Virus record (IMG/VR): IMGVR_UViG_3300036856_000029
Span: 1-40,393 of that record
DNA from: a virus
Lineage: Duplodnaviria; Caudoviricetes
Strand: one strand, 5' to 3'
DNA: 40,393 nucleotides
Positions within the stretch are counted from its first letter, which is position 1. Each line of letters begins with the position of its first letter. The position numbers and the translations under genes were made by a program. The notes beneath the pieces were generated by a model, which worked only from the letters and a program-made list of their open reading frames with translations, had not been told where the DNA came from and searched no databases. Positions 24,876 to 34,444 of the stretch are shown here, in pieces.

Positions 24876-25882
24876 CAGTTCCACCCATACGGGTTATCGG
24901 CTGTGCGCGGCACACTCGATCCCCAGCGCGGCTCGACAACGCTCGTCGCCGGCAGAAGCGCATACCCGTTCAACTCGCGGTCGCCCTGCTTCATCGGGTC
25001 GATCATCCACGCCGGCTCGCCGGTTTGCGGGTTTCTTACCAGGAGTGCTTCGCCGCGTTTCACGTCTGCGGGGTTCGGGCTGTTGGCCAGGCTCTGCGCC
25101 TGCAGGCCGCGAAAGAAAAACCGGCTGAAGCTGTTGGGAATCGGGTCGAGCATCTGCTGGAAGGTGGTGAAGCGCGGCGGATCGAGCTGGTAGTACGGCC
25201 GGATCTCGAGCGTCGGTCCCGCGGCGCTGGGCAGACGGTCGAGGCGGAAGCCCTGCGAGTTCGGGCTTACGCACGTCCACACCACCGAGCCATCCTCGAC
25301 CGTCGTGCCTTCGTTCGAGTTCGCCGGCACCGAGGGAGCGTCCGCGCCGGTCGTGCCGAAGGTGGTCACGATGAGGATGTTGCCGTTGGCGTCCACCATG
25401 TTGAGCCAGGGATTCTTCCCCGCCGGCGCTCCGCTGCCGAGCAGAGGATAGAACGTCACGCCCGCGCCTGGCCACACGCCCAGCGCGAGCTCTTTGTTGT
25501 ACATCCAGCTCACATTCTCGGGCCACCACCGGCTGACATTCGTGCGGCTCAGACCGCGCCGCCACTTGATGTTGCGCAGCGGCTTCGGAAAGCTCGTGCT
25601 GTTGACCTCGATCACGTCGCCGTCTTCGCCCCAGCCGATCGGCCCCGCCGTCTGCGCGAGCTGCGGATAGTCCTGCTGAAAGCTGTTGGTGTAGAAGGGC
25701 GCGGCGTGGGCGCGGTTCCACTTCCAGTTGTAGCGTTCGCAAACGATGTCGGCCATGACTTCGTTCGCGCACTCCAGCGCAAGCGTATCCCCGTACCCGC
25801 TCGGTCCTCCGCGCGGGTCGGGGATGCCCTTGGCCGCGATGGTCGTGTAGACATCGCGCAACATGATGGTGGAGTTGCCCAC
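24875..25882 (-). CDS. Head-tail adaptor/tail tubular A-like protein 1 with inserted module
   Basis: ANEVM..I.....NWKWNR, QQDYP, GFRL...P, .YQ..PP. Confidence 0.55.
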   Translation of the reverse strand: MGNSTIMLRDVYTTIAAKGIPDPRGGPSGYGDTLALECANEVMADIVCERYNWKWNRAHAAPFYTNSFQQDYPQLAQTAGPIGWGEDGDVIEVNSTSFPKPLRNIKWRRGLSRTNVSRWWPENVSWMYNKELALGVWPGAGVTFYPLLGSGAPAGKNPWLNMVDANGNILIVTTFGTTGADAPSVPANSNEGTTVEDGSVVWTCVSPNSQGFRLDRLPSAAGPTLEIRPYYQLDPPRFTTFQQMLDPIPNSFSRFFFRGLQAQSLANSPNPADVKRGEALLVRNPQTGEPAWMIDPMKQGDRELNGYALLPATSVVEPRWGSSVPRTADNPYGWN

Positions 25883-25888
25883 GCTCGC

Positions 25889-26101
25889 TTACTCCGCCTG
25901 CTCTTCTTCTTCAGACTCCACGTGCTCTGCGGACTGCAGGTGGATGCCGTGAGGCTTCAGCTTGGGGCCCAGGTCCTCGTACAGCGCCTCAAGGCGCTCT
26001 ACACGCTCTTCGAGCGACAGCGGTGCGGTCTGCTTCGCTGTCGCTGCTACCTTCTTCGCCGCGCGCTTTCTCGGCGGCTTCGGTGTTTCGTGTGTCGTCA
26101 T
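25889..26101 (-). CDS. Small hypothetical protein
   Basis: GAGG SD; basic N-terminus, LEERVERLE coil. Confidence 0.55.
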   Translation of the reverse strand: MTTHETPKPPRKRAAKKVAATAKQTAPLSLEERVERLEALYEDLGPKLKPHGIHLQSAEHVESEEEEQAE

Positions 26102-26171
26102 GCTTTTTCGTCCTCTCTCTGGTCAAGCGTTTCCGGTTTTCCTCCCTCAACTGAGGTCGAAAAATAGGAAG

Positions 26172-26810
26172 TTAGGCTTCGTACATCAACGTGGCGGAGC
26201 GCAGCTGCGCGCTGGGCACGGCCGCGCTGGCCGCGATGGTCACCGCCAGCGTGCTCGCCGCCGCCAGATTCACCGCCGCCGACACCGCCGTGTTGGTGTC
26301 GAGATACGTGGCGACGGCCGCAGCTGCTGCCGTGCCGATATTCGCGTCCACCCGCCCATGCGATTCCACCGTGGCTGTCGCACCCAGCGTCGCGACGGTG
26401 ATCTCAAACTCGAAGTGAATGGGAAGGTTGGCACTGGCTGCGGTGTTGGTCGCCGCGGTGGTGATGGTGCAGAGCGTCACCCCGCCCAGCGTGAGCGCAA
26501 AGCTGATCGTCGCCACGTTGGTCGCGGTGGTCGAGTAGAGCAGCGTGCCCTTCACGCGCAGCTTGCGCCCGGTCACATTCAGCGCGCCCGCGCCGAATCC
26601 GAAGGTGAGCAGGTTCTGTGCCGCCGTGATAGCCGCCAGCGCGGTCTGCGCAGGAAGCACCAGGGGCGCGCCCATCGCCAGCATCAGCTTGCGGTTGTTG
26701 CCGCTCACGTACAACACGCCGTTGCTCTGGTCTAGCACCAGGGCCTTCTGATCGAAGGAGTTCACCCCGGCGGAGCTCGGTGGCCCGAAGGTTATGCGAT
26801 CTGCACCCAT
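26172..26810 (-). CDS. Putative capsid decoration/beta-sandwich virion protein
   Basis: A/T-rich beta protein downstream of the MCP. Confidence 0.5.
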   Translation of the reverse strand: MGADRITFGPPSSAGVNSFDQKALVLDQSNGVLYVSGNNRKLMLAMGAPLVLPAQTALAAITAAQNLLTFGFGAGALNVTGRKLRVKGTLLYSTTATNVATISFALTLGGVTLCTITTAATNTAASANLPIHFEFEITVATLGATATVESHGRVDANIGTAAAAAVATYLDTNTAVSAAVNLAAASTLAVTIAASAAVPSAQLRSATLMYEA

Positions 26811-26861
26811 TTGCAATTACTCTCTCTCTGCCCCGCTCGCGCGGCGCGCTTTCAGCTTCGT

Positions 26862-27560
26862 TTACTGCGCCGCGTTCACCTGCGGATAGAAGTCGCTCGG
26901 CCGGCGGCGATACACCGGCATGCCCTGGCCGTTCTTCACCTCGAACGTGTTTCCGCAGTCCATCGTGCTCGAGTACTCGTCAGACTTCGACTCTTCGCTC
27001 TTCTCCAGCAGCGCGGCGAATGCAGCCGTATCGGCCTTCCACTTCTTCACGCGCTTCGCGGCCTGGGCTGCGGTCTCCATCACGCCGGTGCGGAAGTCTT
27101 TCTGCGGCTCGGGATTCTGGTCGTAGGGATGCGGGGAGAACACCGCCATGCGGCAGATCCCGCAGTGAATCAGGATGGTAAAGCCGTCCATCATCTTCAC
27201 TTTCTTCAGCGTGGTGTCGCCCTTGCCCTTGTAAATGTTCTTGGGGCTGGCTCCCTGCTTGTGGCTGCAATTCGCGGCAACGCGCGCCCGGCCGCGCATC
27301 TTGCTGGCCAGCTCCGACTGCCGCTGTGCGTTCTGCAGCGTCTTCGAGCGCTCCGACGCCTCGAACTTCTGCAGCTCGCGCTCGGCGATCTTCAGATTCA
27401 TCTGCGCGGTTTTCAGCGTGATCTCTTCGAGCTGCTGCTGCATCGTTTTCCCTTTGGGCCGCGGCTGCGCTTCGCGGATTTCGTCGGGCTGCTCTTCGCT
27501 CATTTCGTCGAGCTGCGCTTCGTGGATTTCGTCGGGCTGCGCTGCCTTCTTCGTTGCCAT
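26862..27560 (-). CDS. Hypothetical protein (N-terminal repeat, coil, C.H...C..C Zn site)
   Basis: GAGGA SD; QPDEIxEAQ x2 (29-bp repeats at 27464 and 27512). Confidence 0.7.
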   Translation of the reverse strand: MATKKAAQPDEIHEAQLDEMSEEQPDEIREAQPRPKGKTMQQQLEEITLKTAQMNLKIAERELQKFEASERSKTLQNAQRQSELASKMRGRARVAANCSHKQGASPKNIYKGKGDTTLKKVKMMDGFTILIHCGICRMAVFSPHPYDQNPEPQKDFRTGVMETAAQAAKRVKKWKADTAAFAALLEKSEESKSDEYSSTMDCGNTFEVKNGQGMPVYRRRPSDFYPQVNAAQ

Positions 27561-27672
27561 CGTCGTTTCCTCTTGGGAAGGGTCCCCGGACGCCTTGACT
27601 GACCGTCCGGGGTGCGTTGCTATGGGCTTGGCACTATGTATCCAGCGTGCCTTGCCGTCTGCGTGTGGGTTT

Positions 27673-28938
27673 CTAGCTGGTCATCGGTACGGCGATCGCA
27701 ATACGCATGCGGCTGGTGATGTCGGGCGGAGGCCCGATGCCCAGCACGCAGTTGTATCCGGTTCCGGCCTGGATGAGCTGGTTGGCGTCGTAGGCGGTGC
27801 GAGCGGTAAACTTCTCGGCCCAGAGGTCGAGATTCTGCCACTTGTGACCGGGTTTCGTCAGCTTGCCGTGCGGGAACTGAATGAACACCATTCCATCCAT
27901 GCCCGCAAGGTAGGTGCTGATGCCGGTCTCGCCCGAGCCCTGCCAGTTCGCGGTCTGCGTCTGGTTGGTGCTCTTCCGCCAATGGCAGCCGAACAGCTCC
28001 AGCGTGCGCACCGGAGCCTCGCCGTCGTCACCGTCCAGCGGCTCCAGCTTCAGCTGTCCCGCGTCGGTGTGCTTCCAGATGTCGACGATGGAGTTGTTGG
28101 AATCGTCGAGCATCAGATCTGAGACGAAGAAAGGATGAATGCTGCCGTTGTAAAAACCATCCTTCATCTGCGGAACTTCCGCGCCCTCAAGCGAGCCGGG
28201 CATCTGCTCGATGATGTTCTTGGTGAACGCATAGGGCGTGGTGGTCGCATCCTGGTTGGTCGTGCGCGTGTCCATCGTGCGCAGATAGTCCATCTGGTAC
28301 ATGATCAAATCGTCGATCGTTAGAGCCAGCTGATACGCCATGATGCGGCGGTTCTCAACCAGATCGTCAGAGATCGAGGTCAGCGCGGCGAAGTCGGAAA
28401 TGGTGTTGAAGTTCGCCCATTGCCCCACCACGATGTCCTTGAAGTTGACGCTGATCTGTTCCGGAGGTCCGGGGGTGCCTTCGGTCTGCTGATCGATGTC
28501 CGGTCCCAGCGGGATCGACATGAAGTTGCGCCAGGTCTGGCCGCTCTTCTCGGGCAGATCCATGTGCGTGCACATCAGCAGCTTGTTGGTTTTCGCATAC
28601 AGCCACTGCATGAACACGCGGTTGTAATAAACCGTGAGCCGTGCCTGCGGCATGTTGGCGCTGGTCTGCGCTGCAGCCGTGGCGCCGCCCTCGGCGACTA
28701 CCGGCGCGTGCGCGGCCTGCGCGGCCATCTGCATGGTCATCGTGCCTGTAGCAGCGAACGCTGAGGCGAGAGCCATCACGATCTGCAGCAACGGCCACAG
28801 AATGTACTTCACCAGCCACGAAGAGATCGCGTTCTGGGTTTTGGTGGTCATGACCGGACGGGCTGTTTTACTCGTCCCGGTGACCCACTGCTTTTTACGC
28901 TTCCACATCCGGTACGTCACAGTTGCCTGCGTACGCAT
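27673..28938 (-). CDS. Major capsid protein (HK97 fold, N4-gp56-like) with long N-terminal leader
   Basis: LPEKSG.T..F, TEG.P, V.Q...F..ISD, L..TID, G.IHP....DL, G..W..S.N; follows the scaffold. Confidence 0.8.
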   Translation of the reverse strand: MRTQATVTYRMWKRKKQWVTGTSKTARPVMTTKTQNAISSWLVKYILWPLLQIVMALASAFAATGTMTMQMAAQAAHAPVVAEGGATAAAQTSANMPQARLTVYYNRVFMQWLYAKTNKLLMCTHMDLPEKSGQTWRNFMSIPLGPDIDQQTEGTPGPPEQISVNFKDIVVGQWANFNTISDFAALTSISDDLVENRRIMAYQLALTIDDLIMYQMDYLRTMDTRTTNQDATTTPYAFTKNIIEQMPGSLEGAEVPQMKDGFYNGSIHPFFVSDLMLDDSNNSIVDIWKHTDAGQLKLEPLDGDDGEAPVRTLELFGCHWRKSTNQTQTANWQGSGETGISTYLAGMDGMVFIQFPHGKLTKPGHKWQNLDLWAEKFTARTAYDANQLIQAGTGYNCVLGIGPPPDITSRMRIAIAVPMTS

Positions 28939-28956
28939 CGCTCCCGCTCCCTCGAC

Positions 28957-29781
28957 TCAGGCCGTAGCCTTCGCCGCCGGGTAGTAGAACTCACAGGCTT
29001 CCGCATAGTCCTTGTCGCCGCTGCGTATCAGCGCCTCGGCCTTGGCTAGAGACATCCTGTCGATCTGCTCCCGCGTGTATTTGAGTGTCCTTGTCTGGAC
29101 GTTCTGGGGGGCGCGGAAATTGGTGCTCCGCGTTCCTGTTCCATTACGCCCGCCTCGGGTCGTCTCAACACGCTGAACCGGAGTCTCCTCAGGAAACGGT
29201 GTGACGTTCGGTGTTGCTCCGTCGCCGGGATCTTCAACTAAATCCCCGGAGGCGGTCATACGCTGAAAGGTCTGCGTCATCATCTCTTTCGTGATGAGAG
29301 ACACATCCCCGTTCACCAGCTTGCCCAGCTCCGTCGCCAGCAACGAACGGTTGGGCTTACAGTCGTAAAAATCCGGCGTCTCCTCGACCCACTGGCCGGC
29401 GCGCGCCTTGAACGCATCCATCGCCATCTGTTTCAGGTCTACGCCGGTGGCATCCTGAACCAACTTTGTTACTGCCTCGGCGGCTTTGGCCGGGTCCTGA
29501 AGATCGACCGTAGCTCGCGCGGTCTCGTCCGGAGTCAACCGCTTGCGCGTCGCTGGCGTCGCCGGCGGCGTTGCAGGGGGCGTGGCCGGAGCCTCCGCGC
29601 GCCGCGCCAGCGCCCGCTGCGCGTGCATGTTATTCAGCGCGATCTTGTCGTTGACGTCCTGCTCGGTTTTGCCGTAGTAGTAAATCGGATTGGTGCCGTC
29701 TTCCATATCCAGCACGCGGCAAAAGGTGCCCGGCTCGATCGGCTTTCCGTTCGGGCGCGTCGTCGTCCACTCCATCTTCAT
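28957..29781 (-). CDS. Putative scaffolding protein
   Basis: Immediately upstream of the MCP; helical, C-terminal TREQIDRMS motif. Confidence 0.6.
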   Translation of the reverse strand: MKMEWTTTRPNGKPIEPGTFCRVLDMEDGTNPIYYYGKTEQDVNDKIALNNMHAQRALARRAEAPATPPATPPATPATRKRLTPDETARATVDLQDPAKAAEAVTKLVQDATGVDLKQMAMDAFKARAGQWVEETPDFYDCKPNRSLLATELGKLVNGDVSLITKEMMTQTFQRMTASGDLVEDPGDGATPNVTPFPEETPVQRVETTRGGRNGTGTRSTNFRAPQNVQTRTLKYTREQIDRMSLAKAEALIRSGDKDYAEACEFYYPAAKATA

Positions 29782-30182
29782 TGCGGCGTCTCCAACTGCT
29801 CCACTTCCGCGTTCACGATGGCTTCCAGCTCCGCTACGGCCCTCCGCAAAATCTTCACGTAGGCCCACGCGCTGGCGATCGCATCTCTGTTTACTAACGG
29901 ATCGTCTTGGCTAAGAGAAATAGCACGTTTTTGGTGTAGCCGAACACATTTATCGGCAATACGTAAGAACAGTTCCCATCCTGGCATCTCCCTGAATTCC
30001 TTCAGGTCTAAACGCTCGGCGCGGGTCAGTCCGCGGTCATCATCATCGTGCGCCCGCCGCTGCGCCGCTGCGTTCCGCGCCGCGGCCGTCGTCTGCGGCT
30101 CCTTCCCTTCGCGCACCGCCGCCAGCTCCTCATTCAGCGGCACGCCCTGCAAAAACTTCTCGTGCGCCGTCAGCTCAGCCAC
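29778..30182 (-). CDS. Small portal-adjacent head protein
   Basis: GTG start, AAGGAG SD; L......PGW..F motif typical after podovirus portals. Confidence 0.55.
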   Translation of the reverse strand: MAELTAHEKFLQGVPLNEELAAVREGKEPQTTAAARNAAAQRRAHDDDDRGLTRAERLDLKEFREMPGWELFLRIADKCVRLHQKRAISLSQDDPLVNRDAIASAWAYVKILRRAVAELEAIVNAEVEQLETPQ

Positions 30183-30549
30183 GGTACTCTCCTTCCGGGA
30201 ACGCCCGCGTTCCATTTTTCCGGCGTGCTTCTTGTGTTCTCGCGCACCCGCTGCATTGAATCGTGCACCTGCACAGCACGCCGGCTTCGCGATCCACGCA
30301 GTAGAACTCCGGTGTTGTTTCCGGCAACGCCAGCTTTCCATCCTCGAGCTCCTTCGTCACGGGAGCCGTGGGACTCATCCGCACCGCCGCGTACCACGCC
30401 ATCAGGTGGCCCAGCTCGTGAATCGTCATCGTTACGTTGTCGCGATCGCGCAGCGTGCTCCACGCCTTGAATCCTTCGCTCAGCGGTTTGCGAATGAATT
30501 CCTTCGCCCGCTCGATCTCCTGCCATGGCACGTCATTCGGTCGAATCAC
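30175..30549 (-). CDS. Hypothetical protein with C-terminal Cys cluster
   Basis: Overlapping start and stop with both neighbours. Confidence 0.5.
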   Translation of the reverse strand: MIRPNDVPWQEIERAKEFIRKPLSEGFKAWSTLRDRDNVTMTIHELGHLMAWYAAVRMSPTAPVTKELEDGKLALPETTPEFYCVDREAGVLCRCTIQCSGCARTQEARRKNGTRAFPEGEYRG

Positions 30550-32771
30550 GCCCCCGCTCCCTCTAGACCGCCTTCGAGCTCACCCGTATCCACGTTGCGC
30601 TCCAGCCGCCCTTCTGCATTCTCTAACTCCTGCGATCCCTCCAGCCGCTGCGCTGCGTGATCCACCAGCGGCTTCAGAATTGCGAGGTTCGTGTCGACGG
30701 TGCCCTTGGCCGCAATCTCGCGCTGTTTGTTTTGTCCGCGCACGTTCTCCACGGCGGTTGCGGCGGCCGTTCTCTGCGCGGCCGGATTCGTCGCCTGCAC
30801 TTGCTTCAGCTCCTGCGGAGTGAGATCCACGATGATGTCTTCGGCACCCTGCAGCTCGCTCACGCGCAGGAATATCTTCTCGATCGCCGAAAAGTTGATC
30901 GTCTTCCCCTTCTGGTGCATGAACTCCATCAGCTGCGGCTGCTGCAAAAGTTGTAGGAGGAAAGGAATCAGCTGCTGGATCGCCGCCTTTGCAGCCAGCT
31001 TCTGGCCGGCGAGGATCTTGATGTTGAATTCGGCGTTGATCATCCTCTCCGGATCGATCTTCGCAATGATGGCGTCGGAATATTTCTTGCTCAGAATCGC
31101 GCGGATCTCAGAGAGCGGCATCTTGGTCTGCACCAGCCACCACAGGAAGCGATACCAGCGCGTCAGCACGCCTTCGATGTGCGCGATGGGTGTGGCCACG
31201 TTGTCATCGGCCTTGCTGCCCAGGCGGTTTACGCCGGCGGCGGTCCGCAGCGCAGTCGAGCCGGGGCCGGTGTTGCCCTGCATGGTGGTGTTGTTCGCGC
31301 CCACCAGGTCCTCGCCGCCATCCTTGCCCAGCTGGTAAATCTTCCATGCCTCGGCCGGAATCTCCGGCTTCGGTGCGTAGAAGAATGCCTTGCGCACATC
31401 GCCGCCGGGCGCGTTCACGCCCCACAGGTTGCCCAGCCCCATCACCACGTTCTGCGTCGGCTCGTTGCCGCTGGAGCTGTCGTAGAGCAGCGGCGCATTC
31501 ATCCAGTAGCCGATCATCTTCAGCACTTCATTCAGCACGCCCTGGTCCATGCGCTGGTCGCCGGCATTCAGCCGTCCGATGCCCATGCCGTAGCCGCTGT
31601 TATCGATGTCCCACCAGTTGGCCGTCACGCCCAGCGCGAAATCTCTCAGGTCGTGCGGTGCGTTGCGAATCACCTTGCGTCGGCCCTGGTAGCACAGCAC
31701 CTCGATGATGTTTTCGTTGGTCGAGTATTTCAGCCGCATCAGAGGCCGCAGTGTCGGGTCGGCGTTGGTCTGCTCGTGCTCGCCCTGGGCGTGAAACACC
31801 ACCGAAGAATTGGAGTTCATGCTCTCCGAGGTTGTCGACGCGGGGGGCGCATCGCCCAGCGGGTTCTCGAAGAAGAATCTTTTCAGGTCCTCGTCTTTGG
31901 GGATGTCCTTGTAGCAGTCCATGCCGCGCAGCCGCTGCAAGTCCTGCAGCGTCAGATAATCGACATCGATCTTTCCCTGCGCACTCTTCTCCGGCCGGTT
32001 CGGCGTGCGCCATCCGGGGTCGTAGAGCGTCGTTCCCAGCTTGCGATATTCAAAGTACGGCCACGTCTGTGTGACCTTCTTTTTGACTTCCTCGAATTGA
32101 TCGCTCTCCCACGTATTCACCGTCTTGGGTGCACCGATCGGCAGCGCCACCTGCGGCGGCTGCGTTTTGCGCTTCCGTGTGGTGAGCTCGCACTCAACCT
32201 CTTCCCAGCCGATATCTCCGATGCCGGTGCCCTGCAACACCTGGCAATCGATCAACAGCCCCATGTTGTATTCAAGATCCGCGCGCTCGCTCAGAACGTT
32301 GAACAACTCGGTGATGGCGTCGGTATAAAGCTCCTGGTCCGGGTCGCCGGCGAGCGGCCCGCGCGCCTCCAACAGAAACGGCGTCTGGTCGGCGAACACG
32401 CCGCGCTTGATCTGAGTGGCCATCGTGTTCGAGTTCTTCGCCACGTTGAAGCGACTGATGCGCGCCATGCCGCCGCCGGCGCCGCGCGCATCGCGATCGA
32501 AGTTCGGGCTTTGCTTCAGGTAGTCGATCAGCTGCCACTCGGCGAGCCACGCATTCTCATCCAGCCATCCCACCCATGCCTGATAGTTCTGCCACACGAT
32601 GGTGGCCGCGGCGTCGTCGTCGAAGCTGGTTTCAGTGGCTCCGTCTTCGCCGAGGTCAGCCTGTGACTGCGCGATCCGCGGCGTCATCTCGTTGCCGAGA
32701 GGAAGGCCGTCGCCACCTGGCCGTGCTGCTACGTCGTCGCTCTCGCGCTCGATATCCAACTCTTCAGCCAT
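30546..32771 (-). CDS. Portal protein (P22-like size)
   Basis: 741 aa directly after TerL; GTGI...GW, YG.GIG, RTA.G. Confidence 0.8.
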   Translation of the reverse strand: MAEELDIERESDDVAARPGGDGLPLGNEMTPRIAQSQADLGEDGATETSFDDDAAATIVWQNYQAWVGWLDENAWLAEWQLIDYLKQSPNFDRDARGAGGGMARISRFNVAKNSNTMATQIKRGVFADQTPFLLEARGPLAGDPDQELYTDAITELFNVLSERADLEYNMGLLIDCQVLQGTGIGDIGWEEVECELTTRKRKTQPPQVALPIGAPKTVNTWESDQFEEVKKKVTQTWPYFEYRKLGTTLYDPGWRTPNRPEKSAQGKIDVDYLTLQDLQRLRGMDCYKDIPKDEDLKRFFFENPLGDAPPASTTSESMNSNSSVVFHAQGEHEQTNADPTLRPLMRLKYSTNENIIEVLCYQGRRKVIRNAPHDLRDFALGVTANWWDIDNSGYGMGIGRLNAGDQRMDQGVLNEVLKMIGYWMNAPLLYDSSSGNEPTQNVVMGLGNLWGVNAPGGDVRKAFFYAPKPEIPAEAWKIYQLGKDGGEDLVGANNTTMQGNTGPGSTALRTAAGVNRLGSKADDNVATPIAHIEGVLTRWYRFLWWLVQTKMPLSEIRAILSKKYSDAIIAKIDPERMINAEFNIKILAGQKLAAKAAIQQLIPFLLQLLQQPQLMEFMHQKGKTINFSAIEKIFLRVSELQGAEDIIVDLTPQELKQVQATNPAAQRTAAATAVENVRGQNKQREIAAKGTVDTNLAILKPLVDHAAQRLEGSQELENAEGRLERNVDTGELEGGLEGAGA

Positions 32772-34443
32772 CTAGTCCTCCTGGCATCGGTGGCAGCTGC
32801 CACGTCGTCGCCTTCTCCATCGCCTGCCGGTATGCCTGCGCTTTCTTGCGGGCTTGCTCATCCACGCGCGGCATACCCTGCTGATCCAACAGCCAGTTCA
32901 ATGAAGCGTCGTCGCGCCGGCGGCGCTGGAATTCGATCTCTTCCTCTTCAAGGTTCGCGCGCATCTGGCTCACCGGCACAAGGTTCGCGAGTTTGGTGAC
33001 GCACTCGATGATGCCGTTCTCTTCTGCCAGCCCGAAGTGAACGAATTGTCTGCGGCACTCTTTCGCTCGGCTCATTGCGCTTGAGAAGAGCAGGCGTCCC
33101 ACCTTCATCAGCGGTTCCAGCTGCTTGATCTCCTGGCTGCGCAGGTTGTCGCTCTCTTCCCAGCCGGCGTACTGGATCCGCACGCTCACGTTGCGCCGCG
33201 CGGCCTCGTTGCGGATGAGGTTCGCCATGTAGTCGCTGCCCGGCGTCATCAGAATCATCATCGCGTCGGCCTGGTGCTGCTTATGCGCGGCCACCATGCG
33301 CTCCGCGAGCTTGCTGGGTATCCAGTTGCCGCTCCAGCAGTCCAGCGCATACACGCGGCCGTCAAGCACCCGCGCGGCTACACCCTCGGCGTTCTGTGTG
33401 CTCTTGTGCGCGCCGTAGGGCAGTCTCCAGCAGGTGTACGTGTCGCCGCCGTACGGAGGCACGCGCTCCACTGCGATCTCGCAGCTCGCATACAGCTTCT
33501 CCGGAAAGATCGGAACGATGCCGCCCAGAGGATCGTTCTGCTGCTGGCACATGAAGCTCTCGAAGTTCTCATAGAACTTGTCGCGCATGGATTTGTAGTC
33601 CATGCCCGGCAGCTCGTCGAAGAGCATCGTTACATCGTCTTCGTCGGGAAACTCCCCAGGCATCAGGCGCTGCCCGTTCTTCACTATCAGCGAGCCGCGA
33701 ATCAGCGCCTTCCACATCGCGGGGTCCATGTTGGCCAGCGTCTCGCCGTAGAGGTCCTGCGGGTGGTAGCGCGTGCCAGGCAGATAGAGATAGCCGCCGC
33801 GGCGGATGGTGTTCTTGTTGGTGTGGTGCGAATCGATCACCTTGCGGCGCGACTCCGCGCTCGCGTGCAATCCGCTGTTGCGCGTGTCCACCATGTCATC
33901 GCATTTGTCGATCCACGGATGCCACCCGCTCTGTTGCGAGAGTGGCGATGTAAAGGCGAGCGTCGCGTCGATGTCGCGCATGTCGTGGTTGGGCGTGTTC
34001 CACGTATCGGTGGAGTGGAAGGGCCACTTATTCACCACGAGCTCGGGGAAGAGCCTGTGCAGCGGCGTGACGATCTTGTACTGACAGAAGTAGTCGGCGA
34101 TGCCCTTGGCTACCGCCTTCGCCAGATCCTGCGTCGCGCTCTCATTCAGAATCGTGATGGCCTCGGGGAAGGCCAGTATCCATTGCAGCGAATCGACGCG
34201 GCTCCAGCTGGTTTTGAATGTGCCGCGCGGGTCTAGGTGCATCCGGTTCTTGATCGGGTGTTGTTCCGGAATGCTGACGTTTGGATTTTTGGGGAAGTAG
34301 AGATCGGCCACCGGCGCGTGCAGCACCGGATGAAAATCGTTGAAGCCCATCAGCTCGGCCAGGAAGAAGTGATCTTTGAGACAGCGCGTCCGCAGATCCT
34401 CGCGATAGGCTTCGTCCTGGTCGAGCTTTTGTTCGTCGAGCAA
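32764..34443 (-). CDS. terL: Terminase large subunit (ATPase intact, nuclease residues appear substituted)
   Basis: Walker A PRGTFKTS, Walker B CDDMVD, GTRYHPQDLYG, F..Q.QNDP; start probably TTG at 34443. Confidence 0.85.
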   Translation of the reverse strand: MLDEQKLDQDEAYREDLRTRCLKDHFFLAELMGFNDFHPVLHAPVADLYFPKNPNVSIPEQHPIKNRMHLDPRGTFKTSWSRVDSLQWILAFPEAITILNESATQDLAKAVAKGIADYFCQYKIVTPLHRLFPELVVNKWPFHSTDTWNTPNHDMRDIDATLAFTSPLSQQSGWHPWIDKCDDMVDTRNSGLHASAESRRKVIDSHHTNKNTIRRGGYLYLPGTRYHPQDLYGETLANMDPAMWKALIRGSLIVKNGQRLMPGEFPDEDDVTMLFDELPGMDYKSMRDKFYENFESFMCQQQNDPLGGIVPIFPEKLYASCEIAVERVPPYGGDTYTCWRLPYGAHKSTQNAEGVAARVLDGRVYALDCWSGNWIPSKLAERMVAAHKQHQADAMMILMTPGSDYMANLIRNEAARRNVSVRIQYAGWEESDNLRSQEIKQLEPLMKVGRLLFSSAMSRAKECRRQFVHFGLAEENGIIECVTKLANLVPVSQMRANLEEEEIEFQRRRRDDASLNWLLDQQGMPRVDEQARKKAQAYRQAMEKATTWQLPPMPGGLDG

Positions 34444-34444
34444 G

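Noticed and set aside
12260-34236. Long plus-strand ORFs (e.g. 12260-13717, 19064-20722, 31179-32666)
   Set aside because: Antisense shadows of well-supported minus-strand genes, expected at high GC; no motifs
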